In this document: positions 1 through 13,762 of the stretch, in pieces | Layout: the number at the start of each line of letters is the position of its first letter | How positions within the stretch are numbered: the first letter of the stretch is position 1 | NCBI RefSeq assembly: GCF_006345805.1 | Contig: NC_043004.1 | Coordinates: 13,330,001-13,394,000 of the forward strand | Origin: Octopus sinensis | Lineage: Eukaryota | Direction of reading: 5' to 3' | DNA: 64,000 nucleotides | Notes under the pieces: generated by a model | What the model saw: the letters and a program-made list of their open reading frames with translations, nothing else | What the model was told of the DNA's origin: nothing | The model's database searches: none | Made by a program: the position numbers and the translations under genes

Positions 1-542
1 ATCTCCCTCATTATTTAAATATTAAAATAAATATGTTCTCTAATAGGCAGCACTAACCGCAGTAAATTATTTACTGCAGTTCTTCGCTTCCGGAATTTTT
101 AGCGGGCCAGAACTAAGACATTTGAAATTATCCCTAATGTAATCGGTAAAACTAAACACGTGTCTGTTTTGGCATAGAAAGCTGGGGTTAGTTTTTTCAA
201 ATTGCATTACCTGTCGGAACGATCGCACTGACGAAACTACGGACAATTGGATTATATAAGTAATTCTTTTGTTAATTGTTGAAACCGCCGGTCTGTGAGT
301 AATTCTGTTTTTTTAGATCATTTTCATCTGTCTTGCCCGCCTAATTGTTCTGGTGGCCGCTGAATTTTCCTCTAGAGAACATTCTTTGTAGTTTGATCGT
401 TGGTGATATATTTCTAGCATACGGCCGACTACCTAGCGGTCTTGCCCTTTGAATATACACATGTATTAGAATTTTCTCTGTGATGTTAATTAAATTAATA
501 TTAATTATCTCCCTCATTATTTAAATATACACATATATTATA

Positions 543-596
<54 letters not shown>

Positions 597-600
597 ATAT

Positions 601-646
<46 letters not shown>

Positions 647-714
647 TAATACATATATAAGGATATTGTTTTTTATGCATAGCATGCGTAAAAATACCAT
701 AGGGTCAAAAATAA

Positions 715-1375
715 TTAATTAATAATTAAGGGTACTACAAATAGAACCAACACGCTAAAAATAGCAGTCACAAGAGGAATAAAATCACAAATTTTCACTG
801 ATAGCCGTTAATTGAACACTGTGGAATGAGTAGAAATTCGAAGCCCCCGTACCAATATCAAAAAGAATCGTAAATTGAAAAGCTAGACATACCCGTATCG
901 TCACGATTTCAAACTGTAAAAATGTCACATAGTTCTCATCAACGAGTTTTACTGACCTGAGGGTCATAGAAACTGCCCATCTCACCAACGAGCGCGATGA
1001 CCTTTTATTATGCCGCGGCAAATTTAAAAAGGTGATCGAAATGAATAATAAATTATAAAAAATATATAAGGGTTATCAAGTGGCATATAATAATATTAAC
1101 TGGCATAAAATAATATCAACTGACCCTCGGGTCAGTAAGACTCGCTGATGATAAGTAAGTATCATTTTCAAAGTTTCTGAAATCGTCACGATACGGGTAT
1201 GTCTGGCTTTTCAATTTACGGTCCTTTTCGTTATTGGTACGGAGGCTTAGAATTTCTGTTCATTTCCCCTATTTAAATTAATGTGAATGAGTGCAAATAT
1301 GTGGTTGTAGTCGTCTTCTGACTACTACTTTTAGCGTGCAGGTAATATACGTAATACTCTTAATTATTAATTTAT
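715..1375. mobile_element. Fold-back/MITE-like element with ~250 bp imperfect inverted arms
   Basis: 715-966 is an imperfect reverse complement of 1121-1375 (e.g. CATACCCGTATCGTCACGATTTC vs GAAATCGTCACGATACGGGTATG; CACGCTAAAA at 751 vs TTTTAGCGTG at 1329). The 154 bp spacer has no transposase ORF. Confidence 0.7.
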
Positions 1376-1447
1376 ATATATATATACAGAGAGCGAGAGG
1401 GAGAGAGAGAGAGAGAAAGAGAGAAACACACACACACACACACACAT

Positions 1448-1501
<54 letters not shown>

Positions 1502-1529
1502 AGCAAGGGAGTCTGGTCTTCGGAGAGAG

Positions 1530-2045
1530 AGATGGCATAAGAGTCGCTACCATAAAGCTGTCGCTGAATGTGAACCTTCAGAACTACTCGAACAAAATGC
1601 TCAAGGAACACATCCAAAGTCAAAGAGAACCGCTTCACGAAGGCAAAAATGTTCCTCAACAAGCTGGGAATGCTTTTGTTCTTCTCACGTGCGGCATCCC
1701 GAACAAGTAGGTTGCCTACAATCCCTGGGATAAAATTGACGATATTTTTATGTCCCATAATTCTCCTGATTCTAATCCCATATATTAGTATGTGTGGAAC
1801 GTAATTGAAAAAGACTCTAACCAAACTGTCTGCAATGCCAATGCCGAGATGGTGACCTCAATCAAACAGGCGTTCGATGATCTTCTCAAGAGTACAGTGA
1901 AAAACGCGTGGATCTGGTTGCAGAGCTATAGTGAAGTCGTGATGCTACTGAGGGTTGCTACTTTGAGGAAACTATTATCTCCTAGCCAAATTGTATTTGA
2001 TATTTATTAATTTTTTAAAATACACCCATTTTTAGGTGGGATATT
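1530..2045 (+). mobile_element. Decayed Tc1/mariner (IS630-Tc1) transposase C-terminal fragment
   Basis: Translation NSPDSNPIY*YVWNVIEKDSNQ...IKQAFDDL resembles the Tc1 SPDLNP..YxW motif; stops and frameshifts present. Confidence 0.7.
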
Positions 2046-2299
2046 GTGTTTCATTTTCTTTTTATGCAAATTGTCGAAATTAGTCTGAACACTGTGTGTG
2101 TGTGCATGTAAATACAGACACGTGTATATGAGAACATTTTTATAAACAAACATTGATGTGCCATGTGGGGGATTGGTATTTTAGGAATGAAGAAAATCTC
2201 GAAGCTGTTCAGGAGAATAAGCATCACTAGTGGAACCCTCTTGTCAATTATTGCAAAACTACTGAATAGAAAATCACATGGGAAGAACCTGATAGTCAG

Positions 2300-4200
2300 A
2301 CGCTGGTGTAGTTATTTCCCTTTCTTTTGGAAATCTCTCGTGAGTCAAAAATTATGGCAGTTGCACCGAGAAAACGTGACGGAAGTACAGGATTAAGACG
2401 TAATTAAATTTCATGTACAGAGTGTTGTCTGGAATTGAATCCTAGGTACATTGCTGCTTTATACATTCAAATAGGCGTTCTCCTCTTTCATCTCAGTTCG
2501 TCTCACTAAAAGGGAAAAAGCATCAGAACACAACATCGTTATCCAGTTCGGATAAGAACAACGCATAACTAGAACAATTTTTGATACCTCTTTCCTTGAA
2601 TCTGAATTTTATTGGTTCAGATAATATGTCTAAAGATTACATCGATGTTATATATTGCATGGTCCTGATTCTGATGATGAAAGCTGTGTTTGTTACCCTA
2701 GAGTGGAGAAAGCCTCAAAATGAGAGTTGGTTTAATGAATCTACTGAACACATCCGTCTTATTTTAGTAGACAAAAATAGAAATAAAGATACTCATCTGG
2801 CAATACCTTTATTAAGGTAAATTCTGCAACGATAATGTCAACAGTGATTAGAAGCTCAGCGAAGGCCTCAAACATTTCAAAAGAAATGATGCAAAGAAAA
2901 GAGCAGGGACTAGGATGCTCCATGATGCAAATATATTATTTAAGTTCTATGACATGGATCGAAACCGTTAGCAGACCTTCGCAATGTGCTTGTCTCTCGG
3001 GACCGTTTTTCTGTTGGAATATCTCGATCAAACATACGGGTAGAATTTCTTGAATAAGTGGCAGAGTGATCCTGTCCTTTCGATCAAACAATCTTACAAC
3101 ACCGCAGATAGTGGAAGAAACTGTGAGATTACCATAACTCCCTTAATTTGATAATTGTCTAACAAGTAATAAAATACGTACAGCTATTCTATAGCTGAAT
3201 AGATACAACGCTCTGCCTTTGTGGGAATTCCGTTTGAAATCTATAATGTTGTGATATAAAGTTAGCAACTGGAGTTCATAAAATATTTCTATATCCTGGA
3301 AAGTCACCATCATATTATCTACGTTGGCAATAAGCTAAAATTGTTGCCGAATATAACAAAAGAGGTAGATGTTCCTGTGCAATTAGACGAAGTTTCCCGT
3401 CAAACGCATAACATTTCTCGAATGTTCATCGAGATATATAGTGCCCAACAAGGTGATATACATCTTGCTTTTATATAAATCTTTTAAACGCCATTGATAT
3501 AAACAAAATAAATATTTTGCAGAGCGTATTAGTAAGAGAACAAGTATACCTAAGGCTTGGTGGAATGGAATCTAGGAGAGTTAATGGTAATTTTGTTTTG
3601 CAGAATTTTGTTTTGCATTTCTCTTAGTCCCTTATTTTGAAACGCACAACTTTCTCATAAGAATTGATATAAACTCAAATGATGGTGTTTTAAATCTTAT
3701 AACAATTTAGATAATGACTATAAGTGCCATCCAAGAGATTTACTTTGGTTCTATTTGAATTCTCGTATGCAGTAAATCAGCTCCTGTTTCAGATGTGCCT
3801 CAATTCCATCAGATCACTATTGTATCAATATTGAACTATTACCTTCGCATCAGATTTATAATCAATCTGGAAAATGCTGAAGTCTTGCAGATAACTGAGA
3901 TACTTAACGCTGTATAGAGATGTCTATCACTCATGTTTAGCATCAAACACATACATCATTTCATGTATCTTGAAAGTATCGTCTGGGATTGAGAAAAAAT
4001 CAAAACGCATATCGAACCTTCTTCTGCATTTATGCTACTAAAGAATAGCATCTCCTATAATTAGGATCATCGACTTCACAGAAAGATGGTAGTATATAGA
4101 GAATTCTGCATGCCATCATCTATATTGCCAGCAGGCGATGAACATTAAATTAATTTCAAAAAAGGCACTTTTTGAAACATTTTTTGACTAATATGGATGG
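2300..4200 (-). mobile_element. Possible highly degraded Helitron RepHel (PIF1 helicase) remnant
   Basis: Minus-strand fragments faintly resemble helicase motifs (QEILPV ~ RQILPV near 3045; HVFSVQL...LTR ~ VFSHGQL..ALSR near 2350). Many stops. Confidence 0.3.
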
Positions 4201-4998
4201 ATAAAATTTGTTACATACACAACGATAGAATCAGCAAATAAAATTTATGTTGAAGCATCAATCTTAGAATGACGATCTTGTTGGTTTTCACACGTCAACA
4301 CGTTGTCTAAAAAGCGTTTTGAAAATATTCTACCATCAATCTGCGGGTGGGGAATCTTTCCATGTCGGGCACAATGTCTACACAAATAATACATGAAAAG
4401 AGGAACGAACATTGAAAGCGTACGTTCCTGTCAATTGCATGCGATTATCTTGGCGTAGATTCATTCTAGAAGCTGGTTTGAAAGGCAATGTAGGAAAAGG
4501 GGGAAAATTATTTCGTTACCAATAACGAGAAATCTCTCAACATTGACAATTCGTGGACAGTTAATATTTATTAAAAAAAAACCCAACAAATTACAATTCT
4601 GATTCTTTGACCTTTTCTAAATTCTTAGGGTCTCTATCATCTTTAACAAAATCTTTAACACAGTATGCATCTTTAGCATAATATGCAGAGATATCTGTAT
4701 TTATCGCTCTGCTAACCGCGAAAATAACAGTCTCCTAGTTCGCGATAGCATATATAATCCACATTTATGTGTTCAATTCTGTTCTTATTTTTTATTCCTT
4801 GCCGACTTCATATTCGAATTTCTCCCACAAATCCGCGCTGATAATGTTTTGGAATGTAAGAGATAAGTTTTCTGCAAGACACAACAATACTGCGAAGAAT
4901 ACATTTACTGCGTATTCTTTTGTACTGGCTTTCCTTGAATATTGTAACTACAGATCGCACAGACTTAGTTAAATATGCACAAGCATTTGCATGCATAT

Positions 4999-5042
<44 letters not shown>

Positions 5043-5220
5043 CTATATATATATATATATAAACAAATGTATACATATATATGTATGTAGAAATATATAC
5101 ATATACATATAAATATTTATGAACATAAACATATATATACGAATATATATATATATAGAGAGAGAGAGATAGATAGAGAGAGAGGGAGATACATATATGC
5201 ATATATATATATATATATCA

Positions 5221-5259
<39 letters not shown>

Positions 5260-5262
5260 ATA

Positions 5263-5293
<31 letters not shown>

Positions 5294-5887
5294 TATATGT
5301 ATGTGTGAGTGTATGCATGTGTGTAGGTATGTATGCAGGAATGTATGTATATATGACAGACAGACATGTATACTTCCCCTTCCGAATAGAAAAATATAAA
5401 TTTACAGCGTTATAAATAACTACGAAATTCTAGAGATATATTTGTTTATCTTTTTTTTTCTGAATTGAATCTTGTATTACGTTTCGATAAACATGAAAAG
5501 GAATAATAATAATAATAATAATAAAAACTAATACTATTACTACTACTAATAATAATAATAAAAAATAATAATAGTAATAATGATGATAATAATAATAATA
5601 GTAATAGTAAGAATAACAATAATAATAGAAATAGTAATACTAATAGTAATAATAAACACAGCAGAAATGAATAGTTCAGCGAGTACATTGGCATTCCCAT
5701 TACGCTATTAGCAGGAAGTACACCTTCCGACTCATACACACTAACATATACTAACATATATAGACATTAGTGTGAAACTAAAATACATATACTTTTTTTT
5801 AGTGTGTGTGTGTGCGTGAATATACGCATCTACTTATATATATATATATACATACATATATATAAATAAATGAATACACACACACAT

Positions 5888-5919
<32 letters not shown>

Positions 5920-6073
5920 GCATATATACATGCATACATACATACATATAAATATACATATATATAGATCTATATACATTTATATCTTTATATACATAGA
6001 CATACATGCATATAAATACTTATATATATATTTATACACACACATATATATAGATATACATACAGCTATATAA

Positions 6074-6110
<37 letters not shown>

Positions 6111-6649
6111 GATATAGACATGTGTTATATATGTGTGTATGTATGGTATGTATATTTAGGTATCGGGTGGGTTATATAAATGTATTAAAAACATGAGAAA
6201 TATTCTGAAGGAAAAGCTAAATATATATTTTGTGTTATACAGTCGTGACAGAAATGTTAGTTTCAGGAATAGGCAATTGTTATCTAAGTGGTGTGTGTAC
6301 AGTAAATATCTCGATAAAAAATATAACACGACTAAAACATACACATTATTAACATCCGCATGAACACAGATACACTCTAACATCACACATATGTGAAAGT
6401 ATAGAGATATACACAAACAGGTATAGTAGCAGACATAAACCTAAGCGTGCACAGAAGTGGTTACTTAGAGTTACATTTCAATGTTTGTATAGTTCTGATA
6501 GTTTCCCAAAACTCGCACACATATAGAAGTAAATATACAGACGGACACATTACTACTCAGAGTATAGCACTCACCTACACATACATACATACATACATAC
6601 ATACGTAAATACATACATACAAAATTACATACATACATGTAGACATTTA

Positions 6650-6809
<160 letters not shown>

Positions 6810-6959
6810 AGTAGTATTGAGTTTCTAAGTGATATTATGTGCAGGCTAATTCTACAACGGTAGTAAATGTGAACGCAAGAATTTGGGAATAAATAGTTGT
6901 TTTCAGCTTAATGCATTCTGCTGCGAACAGTTTCATTTTTCTGACATGAGACATTTGTC

Positions 6960-7500
6960 AGACAGAGTTACCTGATGGAGAAGTTAATACATTCGGTCGG
7001 TACTTATCAGAGTGGTTTGATGTAATGTTGACTATCGGCATGTCTTGTGTATTTTCACGGTGGTCTTCAGTACACGCTTTTGAGGAGATTTATCGTTAGT
7101 CTGGTTCGATAGCTTATTTGAATTTACCAAGACTGAATCTAATCTTTCATTTATGGTTGTGTTCTATGATTTTGCTTCATTGTGCTTGTCCTTTTCGAAT
7201 TGTTCATCACAATTGGGGTGCAGAAATTTGATTCCCGAGTTGTATACGTTGCTAATACGGTGTTTATATTAAACCTTTGGTACTTTATGTACCATATGTA
7301 ACCTAATAATGCGAGGGCGTTTCTTTTGTATATTGGTTTATAGATGAACTTCAGATCGATTTAGCTACTCCTGAAGCTTCTCTGTTACTCTAGAGATTAT
7401 AATATTGAGATGCGATAGATTTGTATGTCTTCTGCAAATATCACAAAAGTAGCCCGATTGCTATTGATCCACTGGTACATAAATTGTCATTTATATTGAA
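6960..7500 (-). mobile_element. Degraded CR1-like LINE RT fragment
   Basis: Minus-strand VIFAEDIQIYR resembles the RT (Y/F)ADD motif; heavily interrupted. Confidence 0.35.
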
Positions 7501-7560
7501 AATAACAGTTATTTCTCTTTCTTCACATGCAGATAGGATTATTCGGTTAAAATACTATAT

Positions 7561-7905
7561 AGTAATAATAAATCTCTGAACAAGGTATAAACAGTAGCTG
7601 CACGGCAATGTGAAGTATATTTGCCATTTAAATGTGGCTAACCACGTGCGCTGACGACAGATAAATACCCAGAAACCCGGGCCCGTATGTATCACGTCAG
7701 GTCGACGATAGGAAGGATGTCTTCCCTTTGCAAATACTGATAGGGCACAGATAGTGTGTCAATAGCCAGCTGGAGAAGATGTTCTCCTGAGGCTACAAGC
7801 TACAGTAGCAACCACCCTTAGTTGGTAGCCACATTTATGCGGCAAATATACTTCACATTGTCCAGCAGCTATTGTCTATACCTCGTTCAGAGATTTATTA
7901 TTACT
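7561..7905. mobile_element. Non-autonomous element with ~85 bp terminal inverted repeats
   Basis: The left arm AGTAATAATAAATCTCTGAACAAGGTATAAACAGTAGCTGC...CAATGTGAAGTATATTTGCC...AAATGTGGCTA matches the reverse complement of ~7820-7905. Confidence 0.75.
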
Positions 7906-8002
7906 TGTTTACACTTTTTCGAGATCAGAGACTTTTCGTCACTGGAAAAAGGATATATGTGTTTGCATTGGGACCCCTTCACATCGAAGACCGGTGGTTG
8001 TT

Positions 8003-8218
8003 GTGCGCTGACGACGGGTAAATACCCAGAAACCCGGGTCCTTATGTATCACGTCAGGTCGACGACGGGAATGGATGGCTTCCATTTGCAAATACTGATA
8101 GAGCACAGAAAGTGTGTCAATAGCCAGCTGGAGAAGATGTCCTCCTGGAGCTACAAGCTACAGTAGCATCCACTCTTAGTGGTTAGCCACATTTATGTGG
8201 AAAATATACTTCGCATTC
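8003..8218. repeat. Tandem partial second copy of the 7561-7905 element (interior plus part of right TIR)
   Basis: GTGCGCTGACGAC...AAATACCCAGAAACCCGGG...TATGTATCACGTCAGGTCGACGA...CTACAAGCTACAGTAGCA...AGCCACATTTATG is shared with 7647-7860. Confidence 0.85.
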
Positions 8219-8901
8219 TATATAATAGGTTTGCCTGCCTACTACGAACAATAATAACTTCCATACTATACATGCAAATGGGGCTGAATTCTGTGTTTAT
8301 GATTTAAATATCTAGCAATATTTTTATTATGTACGAACATATTTCTGAAGCAAATATACTGAATCCTTACAAAGAATCAGTTTGACTTTTAGGTTATAAT
8401 GGGTGTTGAAACAGTGAGCATTTGGTTCTCTTCACCAGAGAATTGTTCAGGTTTGAGGGAAAACATATTTTCATTCTAAAATCATTGGTTTTGTTCCATT
8501 GTTGTAGACATTTCTGACAGTATCGAATGCTCATTTCTCTAAGGAAATGCCTAACATCATTCAACTAAACTTGCTTCCATGGTTCTAAATAATGGTAATA
8601 GAATGGGAAGGAAAGTTTCTATCGATATAAATACACTTTTTACATTACTTCTCTTTTGTTTTTCTTTTGTAAAGTTTTCATCTATATTCATTGAAATTTG
8701 AGAAATGCACAAACAGTTGTGACTAAAGTTCTACCAATGTTAAGTCCTTTCCTACAGCTTAGAAAGTCCTAATTCATTGAGTGAGGTATATTTCAAAGAT
8801 GGTGCCTCATATATAGTGAAAGGTGACATATGGCAGTATATATATATATGTGTGTGTGTGTATGTGTGTGTGTGTGTGTGTACGTATATATATATACACA
8901 C

Positions 8902-8938
<37 letters not shown>

Positions 8939-9029
8939 TGTATAAACTGTGGTATTTTATACGTGCAATAGTATAACGTTTTTGCATGTTTTACATCATT
9001 TTACTACATCATTAAAATTCTTTTGAGGA

Positions 9030-9330
9030 CTATACCAATTCCCTCACTACATAGATCCGAAAGGTCCTAATCTGTTCATCGCAAATCCTGACCAAATACT
9101 TCAAAACTCTAAGCCCATAACATTTTAATACCTTACCAAACAAACTGAAAAATATACAGGGAGTGGATGCATATGCATCCAAGAACCAACTGGCTAAACT
9201 ACGATCAGCCACTCGAGAAGAACTAATATTAAGACGAGAAAGTACGTGGCGGCATCACACTCCCTTACTTTACTCCCCAAAATTTAAATACTGATGAAGG
9301 AGTTCCAATTGTAGGCCTCGTCCTGGAAGT
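9030..9330 (+). mobile_element. CR1-like LINE 3' end fragment
   Basis: Reads KGPNLF and ..LPNKLKNIQGVDAYASKNQL, similar to the C-terminal region of the 10116-12290 LINE. Confidence 0.5.
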
Positions 9331-9689
9331 AAAAAATAATAAAACACACACACATGTATAAATATAATTATGTAACTTATGTTACTTGATGCAATAAAGT
9401 GTTTCCTGATCATCCACTGTATTTGGGTATCAAAATGCAATTTTAAAACATATTTATGGAAACGCGCGTAGGAACTACAATATGAACTTATATTATAATC
9501 CTTATCCCTCCGACTTTTGCTAAGTTATTCAATAACTTAATATACAACTCTGGATCGAAGTTGCTGACCGATTATTCAACAAGCAGCCTCGATTATAATC
9601 ATCTATGTAGAGAGCTCTAAACATAACTTTATTAGTGTAATTATATGCATATTTCTGAGTGTGTATGTGTGTGTGCATGTAAATACATA

Positions 9690-9905
9690 TGACCTAGTGG
9701 TTAGGGTTTTGGACGCGAGATCGTGATTTCAATTCCTAGACCGAGTGTTGTGTTGTGTTCTTGGGAAAACGCTTCATCGGACATTGCTGTACGATCAAGT
9801 CGTCCCCTGACGTGTGCTACTTCAAGTAGCGTCGATTTTACTGAGCGGATGAGCTAATATACGGCACATACATCTAAATATTATTAAACAAATCATTCGT
9901 GCAGC
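9690..9905 (+). mobile_element. tRNA-derived SINE (degenerate)
   Basis: A-box-like ACCTAGTGGTTAGG and B-box-like GATTTCAATTCC followed by a SINE body. Confidence 0.55.
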
Positions 9906-9954
9906 TCTTTAAGTAGATGCTGAACGGTTACACGTCGACTTCGACGAGAGAGTC

Positions 9955-10022
<68 letters not shown>

Positions 10023-10023
<1 letters not shown>

Positions 10024-10115
10024 TACGTCGGGCTTCTTTCAGTTTCCATCTACCAAATCCCGTGACAAGGCTTTGGTCGACCCGAGGCTATAGTAGAAGA
10101 CACTTGCCCAAGGAG
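10023..10115 (-). mobile_element. Octopus-type SINE (family A) 3' part, abutting the CR1 LINE
   Basis: Reverse complement of CCTTGGGCAAGTGTCTTCTACTATAGCCTCGGG...GAAACTGAAAGAAGCCCGAC, as in the copies at 26.9 and 60.3 kb. Confidence 0.8.
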
Positions 10116-12290
10116 ATTGCTGATATGCAGGCTACTAGAAGCATTCAAATCTTCTTCAGCCTGAACTTTCCCAGAGCTGATTGAACGGGTATCGAGAAAG
10201 AGGTCATGGAACATAACTAATCTGCCAGTCTCTCTACGCAAGATATTGACATAAATCTACACCACTTTATGACAATCATTCTTGATATATGCAGTAAGTT
10301 TGCTCTAGAGAGAATACCAAGTCAGCTGAGAAATATAATACCTAGGGATCGGAGGATTCTAATGAGATGACGAGCAAAAATCTCAAATCGTCTGGTTGGG
10401 CCACAAAAGGATAATAAACGATTCTATCTCAAACAAACATTGCTCGGGATCGAAAATTAACTCAAACACTCCCATGAAAATAAGGGGCAGAAAAGGAAGC
10501 CAGTGCAGTCAAATATATTAAGACAAACCATAAAGCCTTCTATAGATATGCAAAAGAGTCTGCTTCGGCATCTACAAAATTGAGCCACTATTCGAAGAAA
10601 ATGTCTCACCGACGGCGGAGCTCGAGACTATCAGTGAAATACTGAAATACTGGATGTGCAATACAAGAGTGTTTTCACCAGACCACTGGGACACTTTCAA
10701 GTAACTATACCTGATGAGTTCTTTGGTTTCACAGGTCTACACAGTGAAATGGCAATTATTCAGAGCATCAAAATAGAGGAAACTGATATCAGCCATTTTT
10801 GAAATGAGCTCAAACTCAGCCACAAGCCCTGAAGGATTCCCCGTATCTTTCCTAAAAATATGCAAACGGGCTCTAGCAAGACCGCTTCAGATTCTCTTCC
10901 AGAGCTTCCTCACAACTGGGTGATTTCTAAAAAGTTAAAGGTGAGTATAATATGCCCTCTCCATAAGATAGGTAGCATAGCAGATGCTAATACTTATACA
11001 CCTGTATCTCTAACTTCCCATGTCAACAAAATCATGGAGCACATTGTCATGAACAAACTGATAGCGTTCCTTGAATATAATGACTTGCTTCCTGACACCC
11101 AACATGTCTTTCGCTCAGGACGAAGCTGCCTTACACAGCTTTTGTAGCATTATGACTGGATGTTGAAACAAATAATGAATCGCTCAAATGTCGATTTGAT
11201 ATATCTCGACTTTTCAAAGGCGCTTGATAAGGTTGAACATGGGATGATATGTCACAAACTACGGAGACTCGGCATAACTGGGAAGATCGGAGACTGATTA
11301 CATGACTTCTTAAAAGACAGAAGCCATGGTGTAGCAGCCAACGGAGCCCTCTCCAAGGAGAAAGTAATAGAAAGTGGAATGCTCCAGGAAACTGTAGTGG
11401 GGCCGCTGCTGTTCATGGTGGCTCTTTCAGACATGCCATGCGTTACACAGACAGCCACACTTACTAGCCATGCCGATGACACAAAAGCAGTACAAGTAGT
11501 CAGGGAACCCTCTACGGAAAGACCTAGATACCATATGGGCTGAGGACAACATGCAATTTATCCGATGACAGCTCAGAAGTCGCAACAATGATACTTTGGA
11601 CGAAAAAGAGCGGTAATCCCAGAATCACATATGGTGTATGATCTTGGAATTGATTTGGGAAACAACTCTTCGTTTCATATGCATATCACCAAGATAGTGG
11701 TCGGATGGGTTCTGAGAACCTTCAGAACATGAGACCAGGAAACTATGCTGGTACTATGGAGGAAATTTGTTCTCAGCCCTCTGGATTACTTCTCTCAACT
11801 ATGGTCACCTTACAATGTCGGGTTAATAGCGGTTCAGCGATACTACACGAGGAAGATTGCATGAATGGAACAGCTGAGCTACTGGGAGAGACTGAAAGAG
11901 CTACGACTCTACTCCATGAGGCGGAGACGGGAGAGGTATGCAGTGATATATGTATGGAAGATACTGGAAAGGCTGGCACCAAGCTTTGGAATTGAGAGTT
12001 ACACACCAGAATCCGAATTCGATGTCAATGCACTGTTCCAAAAGTCCCTGCTGTCTCATATAAGGGGGGGACCATTTAATGCAACAGTTTGGGATTCAAG
12101 GGCCCCCAGTTATTTAACGCCTTGTCAAAACATCTGAGAGATCTCTCTGGAGGTGGTGGGGTAGATGTTTTCATTGAAAGAACTGTCCAGGATTACTGAT
12201 GAACCAATATCCAGGCAGGAAACTCAAAAAAGGGCAGCAGTTTCAAACACCCTCCTTCGCCAAAAGGCAATCACATAGAATTGGCTAATT
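10116..12290 (+). mobile_element. 5'-truncated, pseudogenised CR1-clade LINE (reverse transcriptase ORF2)
   Basis: Reads PVSLTSHVNKIMEHIV...QHVFRSGRSCLTQLL*HYD...DLIYLDFSKALDKVEHG...GMLQETVVGPLLF...SHADDTK, then LKELRLYSMRRRRERYAVIYVWKIL. These are RT motifs with YADD changed to HADD; stops and frameshifts present. Confidence 0.92.
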
Positions 12291-12311
12291 AAAGAACGAT
12301 TACACTGGTGG

Positions 12312-12730
12312 TGCCCCAGTATGACCATGGAAGCTTTTCGATGCCATTCTCTTCCAACAAATCTTGGGTCATTTTAGCCGTGTGGCAAGGAAACCTATCA
12401 TCCATAAATAAAGAGTCTTTTTTAATCATCTCACCACTGGAGAAAATTGGAAGGAGTCCTGTCTGCAATATGGACATATATTTATCAGAGTTTATGTTTC
12501 CCTCACACTCCACCAGATCTGGTTGACCATGGCATCAAATTGCTTCCTAGACCATCACAGAATAGTTGCAATGTTTTATTGCAAACTTTTCACTTCAAAT
12601 CCTTGATCACAGACTCTGCAGTCCCACACTCGGACAATATCAGTAAATACAGCAAGTCTGGACTCATCAGAGAATATGGCAGTGTCCCAAAATGATACTG
12701 GATTCTCCACCATTTCGAAACGAAACATGC
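12312..12730 (-). mobile_element. Tc1-like DDE transposase fragment
   Basis: ORF 12289-12513(-) MECEGNINSDKYMSILQTGLLP...LFMDDRFPCHTAKMTQDLLEENGIEKLPW matches the Tc1 QDNAPCH...W pattern. Confidence 0.85.
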
Positions 12731-12739
12731 AGAGTGAGA

Positions 12740-13406
12740 CCGCATGGCAAAGATTGACCTTGAAGTCTACCGTGCACGCGCACTAAGTTTTAACTTTTTA
12801 GCTCACTTCCACCGTGCTTGAAAAGAACGTGTGTGGTGTGAGATCGCTGCATTGACCATGAGAGAGAAACTTATCATAACGATACCTGCTCAAAGGCCTA
12901 CACAAAGTTGCAGAAAATGTATGGAGAGGTGTGTATGAAGAGCACACAATTGTACGAGTGGTTCAGACGTTTACAAGATGGCCAAAAACATGTCGATATT
13001 GACGAAAGTTCTGGGTGAACCCCAACCAACAGACCTGAGAAAATATGGCAGATGAGCATGCAGCTGTGAAGGGAAATCCTCGAATCACCATTCGTCAGTT
13101 ATCACAAGATGTGCAGATTAGTTACGGTACAGTTCGGTTCATTGTCAGTGAAGATTTGGGTATGAGACGCATGTTTGCCAAGCTTGGGCTAAAACTGCTT
13201 TCAGCGGACCAAGGAGACACTCGGGTTTCAGTTGCACAAGATCTCCTTCATTGTGACGAGAACAAGGAAAACTTTTCGAAAACTTTGCGTAGGCCTCTGA
13301 GCAGGTGTCGCCAAGTATTTGGCAACATTTGTTGCAGGTTCTCTGATCAGCTTTAAATCTCCGAGCGCATGCACAGCAGATTTCAAAGTCAATGTGTGCC
13401 AAGCGG
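12740..13406 (+). mobile_element. Mariner-derived element: 5' transposase fragment closed by an inverted copy of its own 5' end
   Basis: ORF 13045-13356 contains a mariner HTH (RITIRQLSQDVQISYGTVRFIVSEDLGMRR). 13285-13406 is the reverse complement of 12740-12910 (C.K.CQILGDTCSEAYAKF). Confidence 0.75.
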
Positions 13407-13719
13407 CTTCGCTCTCCGTGTTTTAGCTTCGTTACTATACCAACAGTCCGGATACATATTGATCAGACCACGTATATGAAATATATAGAAACTTCTGTTT
13501 GTGTGTGAGCATCTATGCATGTGTATGTGCTTCTGTATTAGTATAAATGCCTTACAACATTTTTATTAGATTACTATGATGCCTCTAATGTGATCGCATG
13601 ATGTTTGTATTAAATTACTCATATTATATTCAAACGTATTAGGGACATTTTTCCATCCTTAGCCTTGTCTTTGTAGTTGCAATCATTTTATCTGTATATC
13701 TGTGTGTGCATGTGTGTGT

Positions 13720-13762
<43 letters not shown>

